DNA of 63,659 nt, filler included, from Asterionella formosa (lineage: Eukaryota), in the NCBI GenBank assembly GCA_002256025.1. It is 30 parts of 30 records of this genome, joined end to end, with 100 filler letters (N's around TTAATTAATTAA, not from the genome) between each part and the next. Parts side by side here need not be neighbours in the genome. Positions count along the whole stretch, not along the records: positions 8,881 to 25,141 come from NKIB01005011.1; positions 25,242 to 41,499 come from NKIB01005012.1; 28 more parts are not named here. One strand, 5' to 3'. The notes under the pieces are model-generated. The model worked only from the letters and a program-made list of their open reading frames with translations. It was not told the DNA's origin and did not search any database. Below, one piece after another: positions 13,400 through 25,485 of this stretch; the first letter of the stretch is position 1, and every line of letters starts with the position of its first letter. The position numbers and the translations under genes are program-made.

Positions 13400-14503
13400 A
13401 GGATGGGTTCAGGTGTAACATTGGAGAAAGAAACGTACGAGGCGCTTGATAGGTGCTTGGTTGCAGCCAGTGAAGACTCAATCACTGGGACTGGTCAGAA
13501 GGCAAGTTGTTGGGGCCGGTTGTTTGAGATCGTTTATGTAGGTCTCATCCTGGGTGGCAAGGAACGGACGTCAACAGCATGCACGGCTTGATAGGGAACA
13601 ATAAATCAAGACGTCTCAAAGCTCTGCAGCCTCTTTGCACAGGTGACAAGTGTTCCAAAATCAGCAGTTCCGTTGAAGTAGATGTTTCAACTTCTCCATT
13701 GCTGATAATGATGAATCGATTCCAGAAACTTATAGTTTTAAATTAATTTTGTTTTCAATTACTCTGCTAATATCATTTCATGGCTTCTGATTTACAACAT
13801 AAGTGTCAATAGATCTAATTTAATCAAAATACTATATGTTTTGATCCTCATTTTGATTCCACAAGAGCTCAATCAAATCATTTCGCAATTGGTAGTGCTC
13901 ACCTTTATTCATGTAGTTCATTCAAATTGTTTTGAAATCTAGAAAAGTAGCTATGCACGTTGTTGTGATACACATTGTCAACCAAAAAGCCATCCTGAAT
14001 ATTATCAAATATATATTCATTGGTTAGTTGTGTATCACAATCTTCTTCTATAATCATGTTGTGCAGTGTGATACATGCAATGATGACATGATTGCACCTG
14101 CTGATCAAAGCTTGCAAGGAAGCACAAGGATCCTCCGCCTTGCCTGCTATAGCACACCAAATGCTTGCTCTATGTCCTTGTGGTGGGCCTCTTGAAGCAT
14201 TCCAAAATATTAACGGTTGCACCTTGTGGTTCCGACATTGTTTTTATGAAGATGTGCCAATCTGAAAAGATACCATCAACCAAACAGTAACCTAGATACA
14301 CCTATAAAGACAAAGTAGCTCTATTTCTATTTGCTAAAAGTTAGGGCACGAAATTTGACTATTTTGGGATTTGGTCGATATGGCAGGGAAAAGCAAATAA
14401 GAAAATTTCGACTATTGATAAAAAATGCCTCGACCAAGTGACGTGTTTTGATATTTTCAACTGCAATTGGCTTTGGTATCTGGTTCATGCGGTAGAGTTG
14501 CTC
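13400..14503. mobile_element. Decayed two-gene PIF/Harbinger transposon: Myb/SANT-like ORF on + (about 13400-13670), transposase on - (about 13855-14300), right TIR ending 14503 followed by TTA
   Basis: Plus strand: ALDRCLVAASEDSITGTGQKA..W..INQDVSKLC. Minus strand: GYCLVDGIFSDWHIFIKT, IACITLHNMIIEED and HYQLRNDLIELLW. The end GGTAGAGTTGCTC|TTA resembles PIF/Tourist termini. I found no left TIR. Confidence 0.8.
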
Positions 14504-14796
14504 TTACATAACAGATGTGTTGGACTAAGTACCTGGTACCAGGTACTATGATAGAGATGATACATGATGTACATATGAAAACCCCTCGTCGTGCGTATTA
14601 GTCAGTACTCCTACCTGGTACTGGTACCAGGTACCCCTGCTTCATGTTGCTTTTACAAACTTTTTTACCTATGATTCCTGTTCATGACGACCCCATGTAC
14701 CGTATATCATTGAATTAAAAAACGTGCCCATTTCTTTATTTGTTTGCAAGCCAGGACAAGCTCGAAAAGGCGATTCCTACACATATCGCGGCTAGA

Positions 14797-15940
14797 ATGA
14801 AGGTCGACTCAGCTGTCGCATTGCTCGCCATTCTATGCATTTCTATTACGGACGCGTGGACTCCTCTTGCTATCAATCAACCCTCCGGCACATGTCTGGC
14901 AATGGCTTCAAGGGGGACAGAAAAGTGGGCTCGTAAGCAAGCCTGGTTGACCAAGAGAGGATTCGATGCTTCCTTGGCTGCAAACGCCGAGGCAACCGCT
15001 GTCCCTAAATCCATTACTATTGTAGGATCTGGAAGGATTGGTGGCCTTTTGGCGCAAGTTGGTGAGTCCGTCGTCGTGGGGCGCGAGGATACCATTGATC
15101 CGAATGGCTCTGGACCTATTCTCCTTACTACTCGTAATGATGTCCTCGCCGATATTGTACAAAAATGCCCTGAAAATCGGCGTAAGGATTTGGTTTTCAT
15201 GCAAAATGGTTACCTTGACAACTTCCTTGAATCAATGGATTTGAAGGAAAACACTCAAGCACTATTGTATCTTGCCGTCACGGCTAAGGGCGCTGAACCT
15301 ATCGATGGTGTTACTTCCTTTAATCCGGAGGGTTTGACAGCTGCTACTGGCGAGCACGCTCAGTTATTCGCGGACCGTTTGGCTGCCCTTAATTTGAAAT
15401 GCAATGTGGTTTCAGCTCAAGAATACCGACCGGCCATGTTTGAGAAGCTAATGTACGTCGTCAACGCGCAGTGTGGAGACATATGGTGATATGCAATGAA
15501 TTCAAAAGGATGAGGCTTTATTGAAAAAAATTCTGCTAACAATGAGGGGTGGATTGTTCCTTGTGTCGAAGTCATGAAGATACTCACCACATTCAACCAT
15601 GTTCCTCCACAGCTGGATTTCCACGTATATGTTAGTTGGTACAGTAAAGGAGTGTAAATCAGTCGGACAAGCCGGAGTAGAGTACAAGGATTTGGTGGAA
15701 CAAGTCATTACTGAATTAGTTGCCGCTGTCTCGGCTAAGGAAGGAATCACATTTCCAGACGGTACCATCCCACGGCTGGCTGCTTACACTGATGTCGTGA
15801 CTAATTTCCCTTGTGGCGTTAAGGAGTTTGAGTGGAGAAACCAGTACTTCTATGATTTGGGTGACGAGGCATGTCCTGTACATAACGCTTTGTTGCGAGA
15901 ATGCGCTGAAAAGGGCTTTCTTGGTTTTGACCTTCCATAG
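14797..15940 (+). CDS. Plastid-targeted ketopantoate-reductase-like Rossmann protein (conserved algal/plant family); exons 14797-15452 and 15613-15940, 327 aa
   Basis: Signal peptide MKVDSAVALLAILCISITDA-W; motifs IVGSGRIG, TRND, DLVFMQNG, MFEKLI|WIS and KEFEWRN. A phase-2 intron GTACGT...CACAG restores the frame. Confidence 0.8.
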
Positions 15941-16253
15941 CCCACGATAATTACTTTCGAGCTCCGGTATACTTAGTGCATCTTAATAGCATGATACCAA
16001 TGCCTTAGAATGCGTAAGATATCTTAGATTGTCATTCAACACGCTTATGCAGTTCCGTCAACTGGATTAGAGATTTAACAGTTTTATATGTTGGTGTGCA
16101 ATGATCGCCTACCTATGTAGCTCTCTACATTGATAGCCATCATGAATCATCTACGACTCCTCCAAATCGTTAAAGCCATGGATTTTCAAACAGTCTACTG
16201 GACGAATAGCGAGGAATGATGTTTCCTCAGACGTCTAACTCAACATATTGCAA

Positions 16254-16943
16254 TCAATACTTTCCCGTCCACTGGGCAAGTTTCTCAGCATGCCCCAATC
16301 GGCAAATTCCTTTTTCAAATGCAATATCTACAGTTTCCTTGGTGGCTTCTTCTACATCAAGCTTGTACTGATGGACAAGCCAAGCAGCCGCGACGCGTCC
16401 AGCACGGCCGGTTCCTCCAGTGCAATGAGTGACAGCCTTTTCGCCTTTTTCGTGTACCTTCTGTAGATAAGTTGTTATACGTTCATAAGCACCAGTCTCA
16501 CTCATGGGAACTTGCAAATAACTAAATCCAGAATTCTTGTAAATTTCTAGCAAACCGTGATCTTCGTACACACCCAATTCATTGTCGTCTAGCAAGACAA
16601 TCACGTGGCCAATCCCACGGTCCTTCATGAAGGCAATCCATTCATTTACCATTGTTGAGGGCACAGGAGACTCCTTGCTGTAAGAATTACCAGGTCTCTC
16701 GGCTGTGTACAAAGTATGATCACGAGGAGAAACGGGACCAAAGTTGTGACAGATACCAGTCGGTGGGGTCATGATGGATGCCGAGTAGGAAGCCATCAGC
16801 AGAGGCGTCCATTGTCGAAATCTGATTCGGGAAGCAACATTCGAAAAAGCCAATTGAAAGGAGAGTCTGTTTGCGTCAAAAGCCTGAGCACCTCCCAACA
16901 AAACACTGCATGTAATTGTTAGTATCTTTGGGATCACAATCAT
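16254..16943 (-). CDS. Plastid-targeted CX5R tyrosine/dual-specificity phosphatase
   Basis: Active-site motif VTHCTGGTGRAG and N-terminal signal MIVIPKILTITCSVLLGGAQA-F. Confidence 0.85.
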   Translation of the reverse strand: MIVIPKILTITCSVLLGGAQAFDANRLSFQLAFSNVASRIRFRQWTPLLMASYSASIMTPPTGICHNFGPVSPRDHTLYTAERPGNSYSKESPVPSTMVNEWIAFMKDRGIGHVIVLLDDNELGVYEDHGLLEIYKNSGFSYLQVPMSETGAYERITTYLQKVHEKGEKAVTHCTGGTGRAGRVAAAWLVHQYKLDVEEATKETVDIAFEKGICRLGHAEKLAQWTGKY

Positions 16944-16999
16944 TTGTTCTTCGCCTTCGTATTGTGGTGGTGAGGAAAACAGACTTCAAGTTCTGTGAG

Positions 17000-18379
17000 T
17001 TGTGAGCTGTGAACCCTGCCTGCTGTTCGAGAAATTGTTTAAGGAGACATACCGGAAAATCCCCTGCATGAAAATTGCCCAATACATTTTATGCCGGTAT
17101 GCACATATTGAATCAAATGAATCAAAAAGAATATCAAGAACAGAATTCGAAAACATACAATCAGCACCACAACTAAAAGTAATCATTCTATATAGGAATG
17201 ATCACAATCAATCTCAATCAAACCGTTGTTTATATCTACAGCCTATTTGGTCCCCGACTTATCCTTAAAGGATACAGAGAGCAATTCCAACAGATTTTAT
17301 AGAAATATCTGGCCAGGAAGCAACAAAGTAAGACAAGAAACAACATGAAACAAGGCAGTTTTCCTTGGCACGGAAAATTGTTTTTGCAAGAGATTCATGC
17401 CATACAGAAAAAACAGAAGAAGATGAGTAAAGTACATATCAATGTAACTGAGGGTATTTCAACAGAAATTGATTTCAAAGGAATGATTCCGGATACAAGG
17501 ATGTTGCCAAGTACTACTAGTACCTTGCCTGATAATTTGGGAATATCGCCTACCAAGATCCATTCACCATCCTTTCCTGTCAAAGTTCAATTCTCTGCTT
17601 CATCATCAAATGGTCAATGGACTATGGCAGGTGTCCCTAATAAGATTGGGCATGTATCAGGGAGTAAGGATGCACCCTTGCTTGTCTCAATTGGCTCATC
17701 CTGATTTACCAAACAAGGGGGCCAACTATGTAAAGAGCATTGAGAATTCAGCAATAGAAATAGCAAGAATAAAAAGTCTTGAAGATGGGGTTGGGCCTGG
17801 TGCTGTTTCCATTGTAAAGATTGACTTTTATTATCATGTTAAAATTGAAAGCAACATTTCCGGCCAAACTACTATTTTCAGATGCCATGATCCGAAATGG
17901 AATAATGATTCAAATGCAGGAATCTCTTGTCATGAATGGTTTGACTGGGTCAAAGTGAACTGAGAGAAAGGAGATGGATCAAGTTCCTACACAGTTCAGT
18001 TCCGGCAAAACTACTTCTTTGGGGAAATGTTATTTTCTCCAACACAACAACCATTCTCTTAGCGTGTATTCATTCCTTGAAAAGTTCAACTGAAATGAAA
18101 ATTCATAAATGTATGTTTTTTGCAAGAGGAGACACCTTATGCAATGATACAACTGAATTGAGCGTTGTTGAATTTCATAACATACTTTCGGCAGCATTTG
18201 TTGTACCTGCTTTGAAACAACAGGAATCAAGGAAATCTCTGAAACCGCAAGAAGTTTCGGAACAGATACGAAAAGATAATTCTCATGTTGCCATGCATGC
18301 CTCCACGTCATTTATGAAAATCAATCGGGTGGGACCAAAAACTAACAAGCGAACGTTGATAAATATACAAGAATAATAT
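17000..18379 (+). pseudogene. Degenerate Plavaka-like (CMC-group) transposase, C-terminal part
   Basis: IFRCHDPKW...HEWFDWVKVN*EKG...PAKLLLWG...ILSAAFVVPA matches the W-x-D-W..V..W/PA block of Plavaka-type transposases. Many frameshifts. Confidence 0.55.
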
Positions 18380-18489
18380 AAATAATAGTGATAATATAGT
18401 TTCACATACTAGTTAAGTTATTCGAAGGTTTTCACAAACTACAATGTCCTAAGGAATGAGGAGATTGGATGATCCCAATGGTCCGCCCA

Positions 18490-20527
18490 TTATTTGTTCT
18501 TTTCACTCCCAAAGCAGTAACCTAAGATGGTCCTTCTCGTTTCGTCCGAAAATTTTCTTCTCCACTTTTCAACTGCAGTTCGATATGAGTCTGTAAACTT
18601 TTTCAATTTGATTCGAGACGAGCTATCATCATTTACAAAGTGTTTTCTCAAATTTTTGTCAATCTTGATGCATCCAGAAATGTGGGCAAGAGGTGCATGA
18701 TTATACCATTTGAAGGAAGCAACTTTTTCATTCTTGAAAGAAGAATTGCAAGGAAGCCGTCCAAATTTAAATAGAAGCTCAAAATTTTGTCGATACAAAA
18801 TCGAAGAACAGTTATTTCCAACTGAAACATATCCTCACGAATGTTTGTCATTGTCACTTGAGGCCAAACTGTTCCAAGATGAAAGTATGTAGACTTGGTT
18901 GGTGGGTCAGATGTAACAGAGAACAAATCGTCTGTTCGATCAGTTGCTGTCCTACCACCTGACGTTTAAAAATTTCCAAGACTCCGTCTCCAAATGGAAT
19001 TGTGCCCAGTTGCCAAGAAATTTGGTTTCGCCATTCCTTTCTAATTGCAATAGAGTTCCAACACTTTCACAATTGTAAATGGTCCACATGACCATCCACT
19101 GTAATCTTCTGGTTGAAATAACATGGAATCATGTTCAGTGGCCATACTGATCTGCAATTGTGCTTTGGTGCCAGTATAAAAAGATTCCGATAAACCATTT
19201 CTTCAGGTATATGGTATTCTTGTGGAAGATATCCTGTATCGGTGCTGCATAAAAATTCCAATTGTTTCGTGTATCCGGGGATGATGCAGTACTTACGGGC
19301 AAGGTGAAATACTTGATCATAATGTTCATCCACACTTGCATCTATTCCTGGATCACGGACTTGACATAATCCATCATTTATAGCAAAAAGATTATGCACA
19401 AAATGGTTGTTTTCCTCCTCATCTGATCTTTTGCAATAAACAGTTTGCACATATAGTAGTTAATGTCATGATGAAGTGCTGGATGACAATCACCTTGGTA
19501 TATATACGGTTTGTCATTACACTTTTCTGGGTTTCCATCCAGATCAAAATAGAAATATAACCTTTACATCAGTTGGATGAAGTTCATGAGTTATATAATT
19601 GATCATAGAGATCATTAAAATCTGAAGATGATTTTTTGATACTGCCTTTGACTCCATAAAATGAAGAGGCGTAATTGGATATTTTTTGTGGGGTACGTGT
19701 GCACAAATCTTTCCACAATTTTAGTTGCCCATGAGTTTTTGGCAAACTCAAGGAAAATGCAGTTTGCTCTGGTATAATAACTCTACACATTTCACATGCT
19801 GACTCTTCACAAAAGTTGGCTAGCTGCCTTCGGGACTGTTCTCGATGATTTTACGGAGAAATTTTTTTTCTTCCATGTATGATTTGGAAAAAGATTCAAT
19901 TGTTTTATTCAAACTTCGTTCCCGACTCAGTGCATCAACTGCCTAAGCCAGCATGAATCACATATCTGTCTGCATTGATCTTTTTGAATTCGAGGTCTTG
20001 ATCTAGCGCAGACTTTTTCTTGAATATCTTTTCTTTTGAAAATGCAATAGTTTCTCTGCTTTCATGATGTTCATCTTGATGTTCTGGACGAATAGTGAGA
20101 TATATTTCTTTGTTTTGCAACTTTTCAACCATTTCTACTTCGGAAGTGATGTCTGCCACATTTCCGCCGGTATTTTCATGCATCGCATGAGCTTGTTCAT
20201 CAAATGAATGAGAATCACTGAGTTCTTCTTCAAGATCGGCGATGTCAGGAGAATGAGCACCTCCGACACTGGATGGAACTGTGACTCTATAGGAATAGAG
20301 TCTTCATCCGTGAAGAACAACTGTTTGGGTTTCCTTGGCTCTTCAAAAGCAATCTTTCCTTCTTTTCAATCTCTGCCACTATTGAATCGGGATACTTGAT
20401 TCATTATTTATTTTGGAGTATTATGAATCTGTTCAAATTCATTTGTTGTTTGAGCGTATTCAAAGGAATCTTCGATTGATTTCATAAGAAGGTTCTTCAT
20501 CTTCTTTTCCGAAAACATAAAGTCATG
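18490..20527 (-). pseudogene. Degenerate second ORF, convergent with the Plavaka-like transposase and multicopy
   Basis: Chain of frameshifted minus-strand ORFs. The part 19918-20527 is repeated at high identity at 52691-53329. Confidence 0.6.
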
Positions 20528-21979
20528 TAGTGTAAACGACGGAAGTATGTCATATGCTAACCAAATGCTTTAATACATTGATACGTTGTTAGATTGAATA
20601 ATAGCTGTTTTTCTTTGATCAATTATTGTTTTAGCGAAGGTTATGACTTTACACAGATCACCTTACGTGCTGTATGTAAACCTTGTAACCAATGATACTA
20701 CTATCAGAATGAATTCTGCGCAACAATGGTGCGTTCCTTGTTGCCATTCCGATTTGAATACTCTACCAGTACATGCTTTGATTTAATTCTTGTACCGGTA
20801 GTATTTGGCATTATCTTACCATTTGCATATCAGTAATCGAATTTCTTACAAGCCATGTGCGTTTGTTGAACAATCCCGTACAACCTACCTTCTTCTTGCG
20901 GGGACAACGATGATCTCACCAGTCTTATAACAAATGATATGGTCTCGATATTGATGGGGAATTATGTTGGCGAAGTTTGATTGTTTGTTTGTTACTCGAA
21001 ATCAAAAGCTTTGGTCATTTTATACAACAGAATTGGAGAACAATGCATTGAAGGCCATACCTGATTCCAATTCCAACCGAAATCAAGAAGATAATACCTT
21101 TTGATCATAATTCGCCAATTGCGAACATCGATCCGTATTTCGAATCTGTTCTTCAAGATAAGATGTGGATCAAGATGGACCAGATGGCGGCGTAGGTTGT
21201 TGCTCATGGCCTTCATCATGAGTCTTCCATTCTCATTGAATTTCATTCAGGAAATAGTAGCATCACATGAACCTTGAATACTAGCAGGGGGTTCGAAATA
21301 ACAATCATAACTTTGCTTAATAACATTGTACTATCCTATTGTTTTAAGAAATCTCTTTATCGGCAACATCAGCCGGCAACATCAGAGGCAATATATAGGA
21401 CAGCCTAACCCCATTGCCACACATATACTACTTTCCACAAAGTGACCGCTCCTTTACAAATATAGCTTAAATACTATATGTAGTGTAGCTTGTCCCACCC
21501 ATATGTTCTCGCCACTCCAAAGTGTAGCAAAAAGCAAATTAAAGGCAACACCAGAAATGGTTGCCAATCCGGAAGAAGCAATCCATGACTTGTTACCAAA
21601 GAGTTCCGAAATTGTAAGAGTGATATAATTGAGATAACTCTAACCCTATATATATCTGTATTGATGCGCGAGATAGCTGTCCAAGTACCTGTTACGCACC
21701 TGGGACCACCATGCAACTGGTACCTGGTACTAGTACCACGACTCAGGTACCAGGTACCAGGTACCTGGTACCCCTGATATTCTTGCATGATGATATGTAA
21801 AACAGCAAGATGCTTTGGACTTCGGACTACCGGTACCGGTATACTATTAATGCAAAAGCCAGCTCCACCCCGTTGTTCCGGTCTAAGCAAATAGCCATAT
21901 TCTTATGCTTCTATTTGAGCTACCGTACACAGCTTGCTTTCACTCAACAGTGAATTACTAAGAAAGCAATAACATACTC

Positions 21980-22660
21980 ATGGCCCGTGGAAAATTCAAC
22001 AAACGCGGAGGGGGACCTCGTTTTCATGCCGAATCCGGAGAAGAGATTGAACTGCGCAGTGCACGACTAGCCGAACTCGATGATGTCCGTGCCCAGCGTC
22101 GTGCTGACGAAGACGAGGATGGCGACAGCGGGGAGGCGAAGGAGGGCGAGGAAAAGAAGGAGAATAAAGAAACTGAAGAGTCAGTGAAGGCTCTTAAAGT
22201 AGAAGAATTGGATATTGGTGCCCAATCTGCTTTGAACAGAAAAGAGCGAGAGGAAAAGGAAAAGGAAGCTGCCAAAGAAGCATACCGAAAGAGACATGAA
22301 GCTGGCTTGACCGAGGAATATGCCCGTGATATGGCCAAGCTGAATGAAGTTCGTGCTCGTCGCGAAAAAATGGAAGCAAGAGCGAAGATGGAGAAGGATG
22401 CAGCTGCCTCGCTTGAGGAAGAAAGAAAGGCGAAGGCTGCTGCAGCTCAAGCTGCAAATGCTGCAGAAGAAGAAGCCGACAAAAAGAAAAAGAAAGCATC
22501 CAAAAAGAATGGTACAGAAATTCCAAAGTTGGATAAGATTGCAATCAAAAAGATGAAGCCTGCTGCTATGAAGGAAGCGCTCAAGGAACGAGGTCTGGAG
22601 ATCCAAGGAAACTCTAAAGAGCTCACTGATCGTTTGGTCAAGTACGAGGAAAGTCGCTAA
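21980..22660 (+). CDS. PDAP1: PP28/HASPP28 (PDGFA-associated protein 1-like) with a C-terminal SAP-like domain
   Basis: MARGKFNKRGGG start; LNRKEREEKEKEAAKEAYRKRHEAGLTEEYARDMAKLNEVRARRE is the PP28 core; KMKPAAMKEALKERGLEIQGNSKELTDRL is SAP-like. Confidence 0.85.
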   Translation: MARGKFNKRGGGPRFHAESGEEIELRSARLAELDDVRAQRRADEDEDGDSGEAKEGEEKKENKETEESVKALKVEELDIGAQSALNRKEREEKEKEAAKEAYRKRHEAGLTEEYARDMAKLNEVRARREKMEARAKMEKDAAASLEEERKAKAAAAQAANAAEEEADKKKKKASKKNGTEIPKLDKIAIKKMKPAAMKEALKERGLEIQGNSKELTDRLVKYEESR

Positions 22661-22837
22661 AGCACTGAGACGACCAAACTGAAAACAACAAAATATCGTA
22701 GATATCTGCAAAATGAACTGGATTATTCGTCAATGTTGAACATGTCCCGTGTGACACATAAGAACTAGTAGCATCATGTAGTCTACTGTACATCTAGATG
22801 AGCGCTACATTTGAAAACAAATATATCCCATAAAGGT

Positions 22838-24019
22838 TCACACCACAATAGGGAGCTCCTCTTTTGGTTCACCAGACGGTTCCTTCTTCGTAAGTGGGGC
22901 ATCCATTGAAAAGTAGGTAGTAATTATATCGCCATGCTGGCTCGTTTCATCCGCTTTCACATCTTCGCTGTCATTCATCGGTACTTCGATCGCTTCCAAC
23001 TCCTTCTGTTCGGCAAGTAAGACTTCGTAATTCGTCATTATAACCTTCCAAAATGGTGCATCGCTTGGAGCCTTGGTCCAGCCTGCCTTCCAAGCAATCA
23101 TGCAGTATACGAAAAGAAATGCCATTTCGCAAATTCCATAAAAGAAAGGAACACCCAAGGCTTCACTGAGATCGTCACCTTCGAACATCGTTAGAGCTGT
23201 GATAGGAAATGAAAGTGTGAGTTGCATTCACGCTCCACACGGCGGAATAACCCTCTGGTTTATTCACTCACCGACACTAGTTGCTATGCCTACATTTTGG
23301 TAGCAGGTTTCGATGCTGACGGTAACTCGCTCCGGCTTCAACAAACTCAAGAAACTGGAAACAATATTTGAAATAATGAGTCCCAAAAGACAAGGCAAGG
23401 CCACACTGATATAAAACTTCCAGGATCTCGACCATATCTTGGTATCACCACTTCCAGTATTGGTCATGGTTGCACTTAATATGATCAAGGTAATCCCCGC
23501 AAAGCTTCCAAGTTTATTCGCCATAATATTGAACCTGTGAGAATGAACCTTTGCTGAGCAATAGAGTCCTAAAAGAATTGCAGAAAGAACGATACTTATG
23601 GCACCCGCGAGCGATTTCCAGTCCAATGTTGCAAGGATAGCATCACTATATGACCATTGTGCATAAATGAGTAAGTTGAGGGGCAAAAAGACAGTAGACA
23701 GGAGAGTGGAAAAAGCAGTCATGGTCACTGACAGAGCCAGGTCGGCATTAAAGACGCTGCACCACCAATTAGAATAAGAGCCTCCAGGACTGCTTGTCAA
23801 TACCAACAACGTCACACCTAAAGTGCGATTCAAGTCAAATATGTTGACGACACAGAATCCGAGAAAGGGAAGGACGAAAAACTGCAAAAAGGCACCGCAT
23901 AGAATGGCTCGGGTATTGCGAAGTTGTTCTTTGATGGAAATAATATCAACAGTTGCTGACATCCCAAAGACCAACACAAATAGCAGGATGTTTCCTGCCA
24001 ATTCAACGAGATTCACCAT
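22838..24019 (-). CDS. Sodium/bile-acid symporter family (SBF/BASS/SLC10) transporter; intron 23197-23271
   Basis: LQFFVLPFLGF, SSPGGSYSNWW..NADLALSVTMT and SIETCYQNVGIA motifs with multiple TM segments. A GTGAGT...CACAG phase-1 intron joins TSV|ALTMF. The first in-frame ATG is at 24019. Confidence 0.92.
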
Positions 24020-25014
24020 GGTTGTGGTTTGCGACACCGTTGATGGATGTTATGTCATCAATGAAGCGGGACAGGTGGCGGTAAGATAAGGCGTGAACGA
24101 TCAAATTCTTTTGCTTCACCATGTGAATGTATGCAGCGCGCTGGACAAGCATGTTGGAGGCCCACTTATAATGCTCTAAATTATTTTACGTCGACGAAGA
24201 TGATTATCAATACCTACAGGGACGAAGAGAGCATTTGGCTTTGATCTATGGCTATAATATTTGGAGTGCTTGCTTCGTCCAAAGTACCTTGTGCTTCCAA
24301 GCCACAAACCAACATCATCCTCTAAATGATGATACCTGGTACCTGGCACAAGGGACATGCCGGCTCACAAACACAGATGCACATATGCATTCATAAATGT
24401 GAATTTGAAACAATACAGGGTATATAACAGGTGCGCACCGGTATTCCATACCACGGAGTACGACTACAATACGCCAAGCATGGTAAAATTCATTGCGACA
24501 CGAGCGCGCGACGACTTATCCTTTTAGTCGAAGTAACATCGGTTTGTTATGTTCGATGTTTCGCTTATGCACATGCAAATATAATATATACAGGTATATA
24601 TAGCTAAATTTAACTTGAAACTTCGTCCACCAAGGGATCTGGAAGGTCCAGTATTACAAGTTTTATGAACACCTTTTCAGTTACCATTGACTCCTTATAA
24701 TTCATTCCATGCCTGTTGGAAGAGATTGGCCAGCTTTTGATGAAAATAATATTCCATAAGTTATTTTGGAAAGGTTACTCTTATTGACCAATGACGACTT
24801 ACAGAATCAAACTCTGAACACAACTCGGATTTGCTGCCTGATCATCCGGTTCAGTAAACTGTCTCCTTGCTTTGGAAAACAAATAGGAATCCTACCTTTC
24901 TACATTTAGAACTTGCTGAAAACGACTAGAAATCGCTGACAACAATGACTAGAACTTGCTTGTGGGCAAATACAAATAGATTTTCTGAATGACCCTTATG
25001 CATATGAAGTACTG

Positions 25015-25141
25015 CATCTAAGCCGCGTATTACGTGAAGTGACCATCACGTAAATAAGCCTAGTTGATTTTGAATGGATCACATGAATTAGTTGAATACA
25101 TCAAAATGCTTACTTGAATATATCTATATATTATCTGAATA
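25015..25141 (+). repeat. Terminus of a repetitive element beginning CATCTAAGCCGCG; second copy from 44460
   Basis: Near-identical 127 bp in two contigs with unrelated left flanks and the same start point. Confidence 0.85.
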
Positions 25142-25485
25142 NNNNNNNNNNNNNNNNNNNNNNNNNNNNNNNNNNNNNNNNNNNNTTAATTAATTAANNN
25201 NNNNNNNNNNNNNNNNNNNNNNNNNNNNNNNNNNNNNNNNNATTTGGGTGAGATTCATTCAACCATCAGCCCCAGCGATATACTGGTATCGTACGGTCCG
25301 GGGGTACCGGTACCAGGGTTGTCTGTCAAGAGGGTGTCGAGGGACTGAATTCTTGATGCATCAGCAGCGGATGCAGAGAACCGAAGACGAGTGTAGTACG
25401 CCTACCAGGATGTGCCGGTATTCAACAGAGGAGTGCCTAGTCAAAAATACCCGTATGCATTTTTGGTTGGCTGAGGAGGTGCTAA

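Noticed and set aside
22024..22711. Several antisense ORFs over PDAP1, and likewise over MRPL12, PPR and PfkB
   Set aside because: These are shadow ORFs caused by the codon bias of the real genes.
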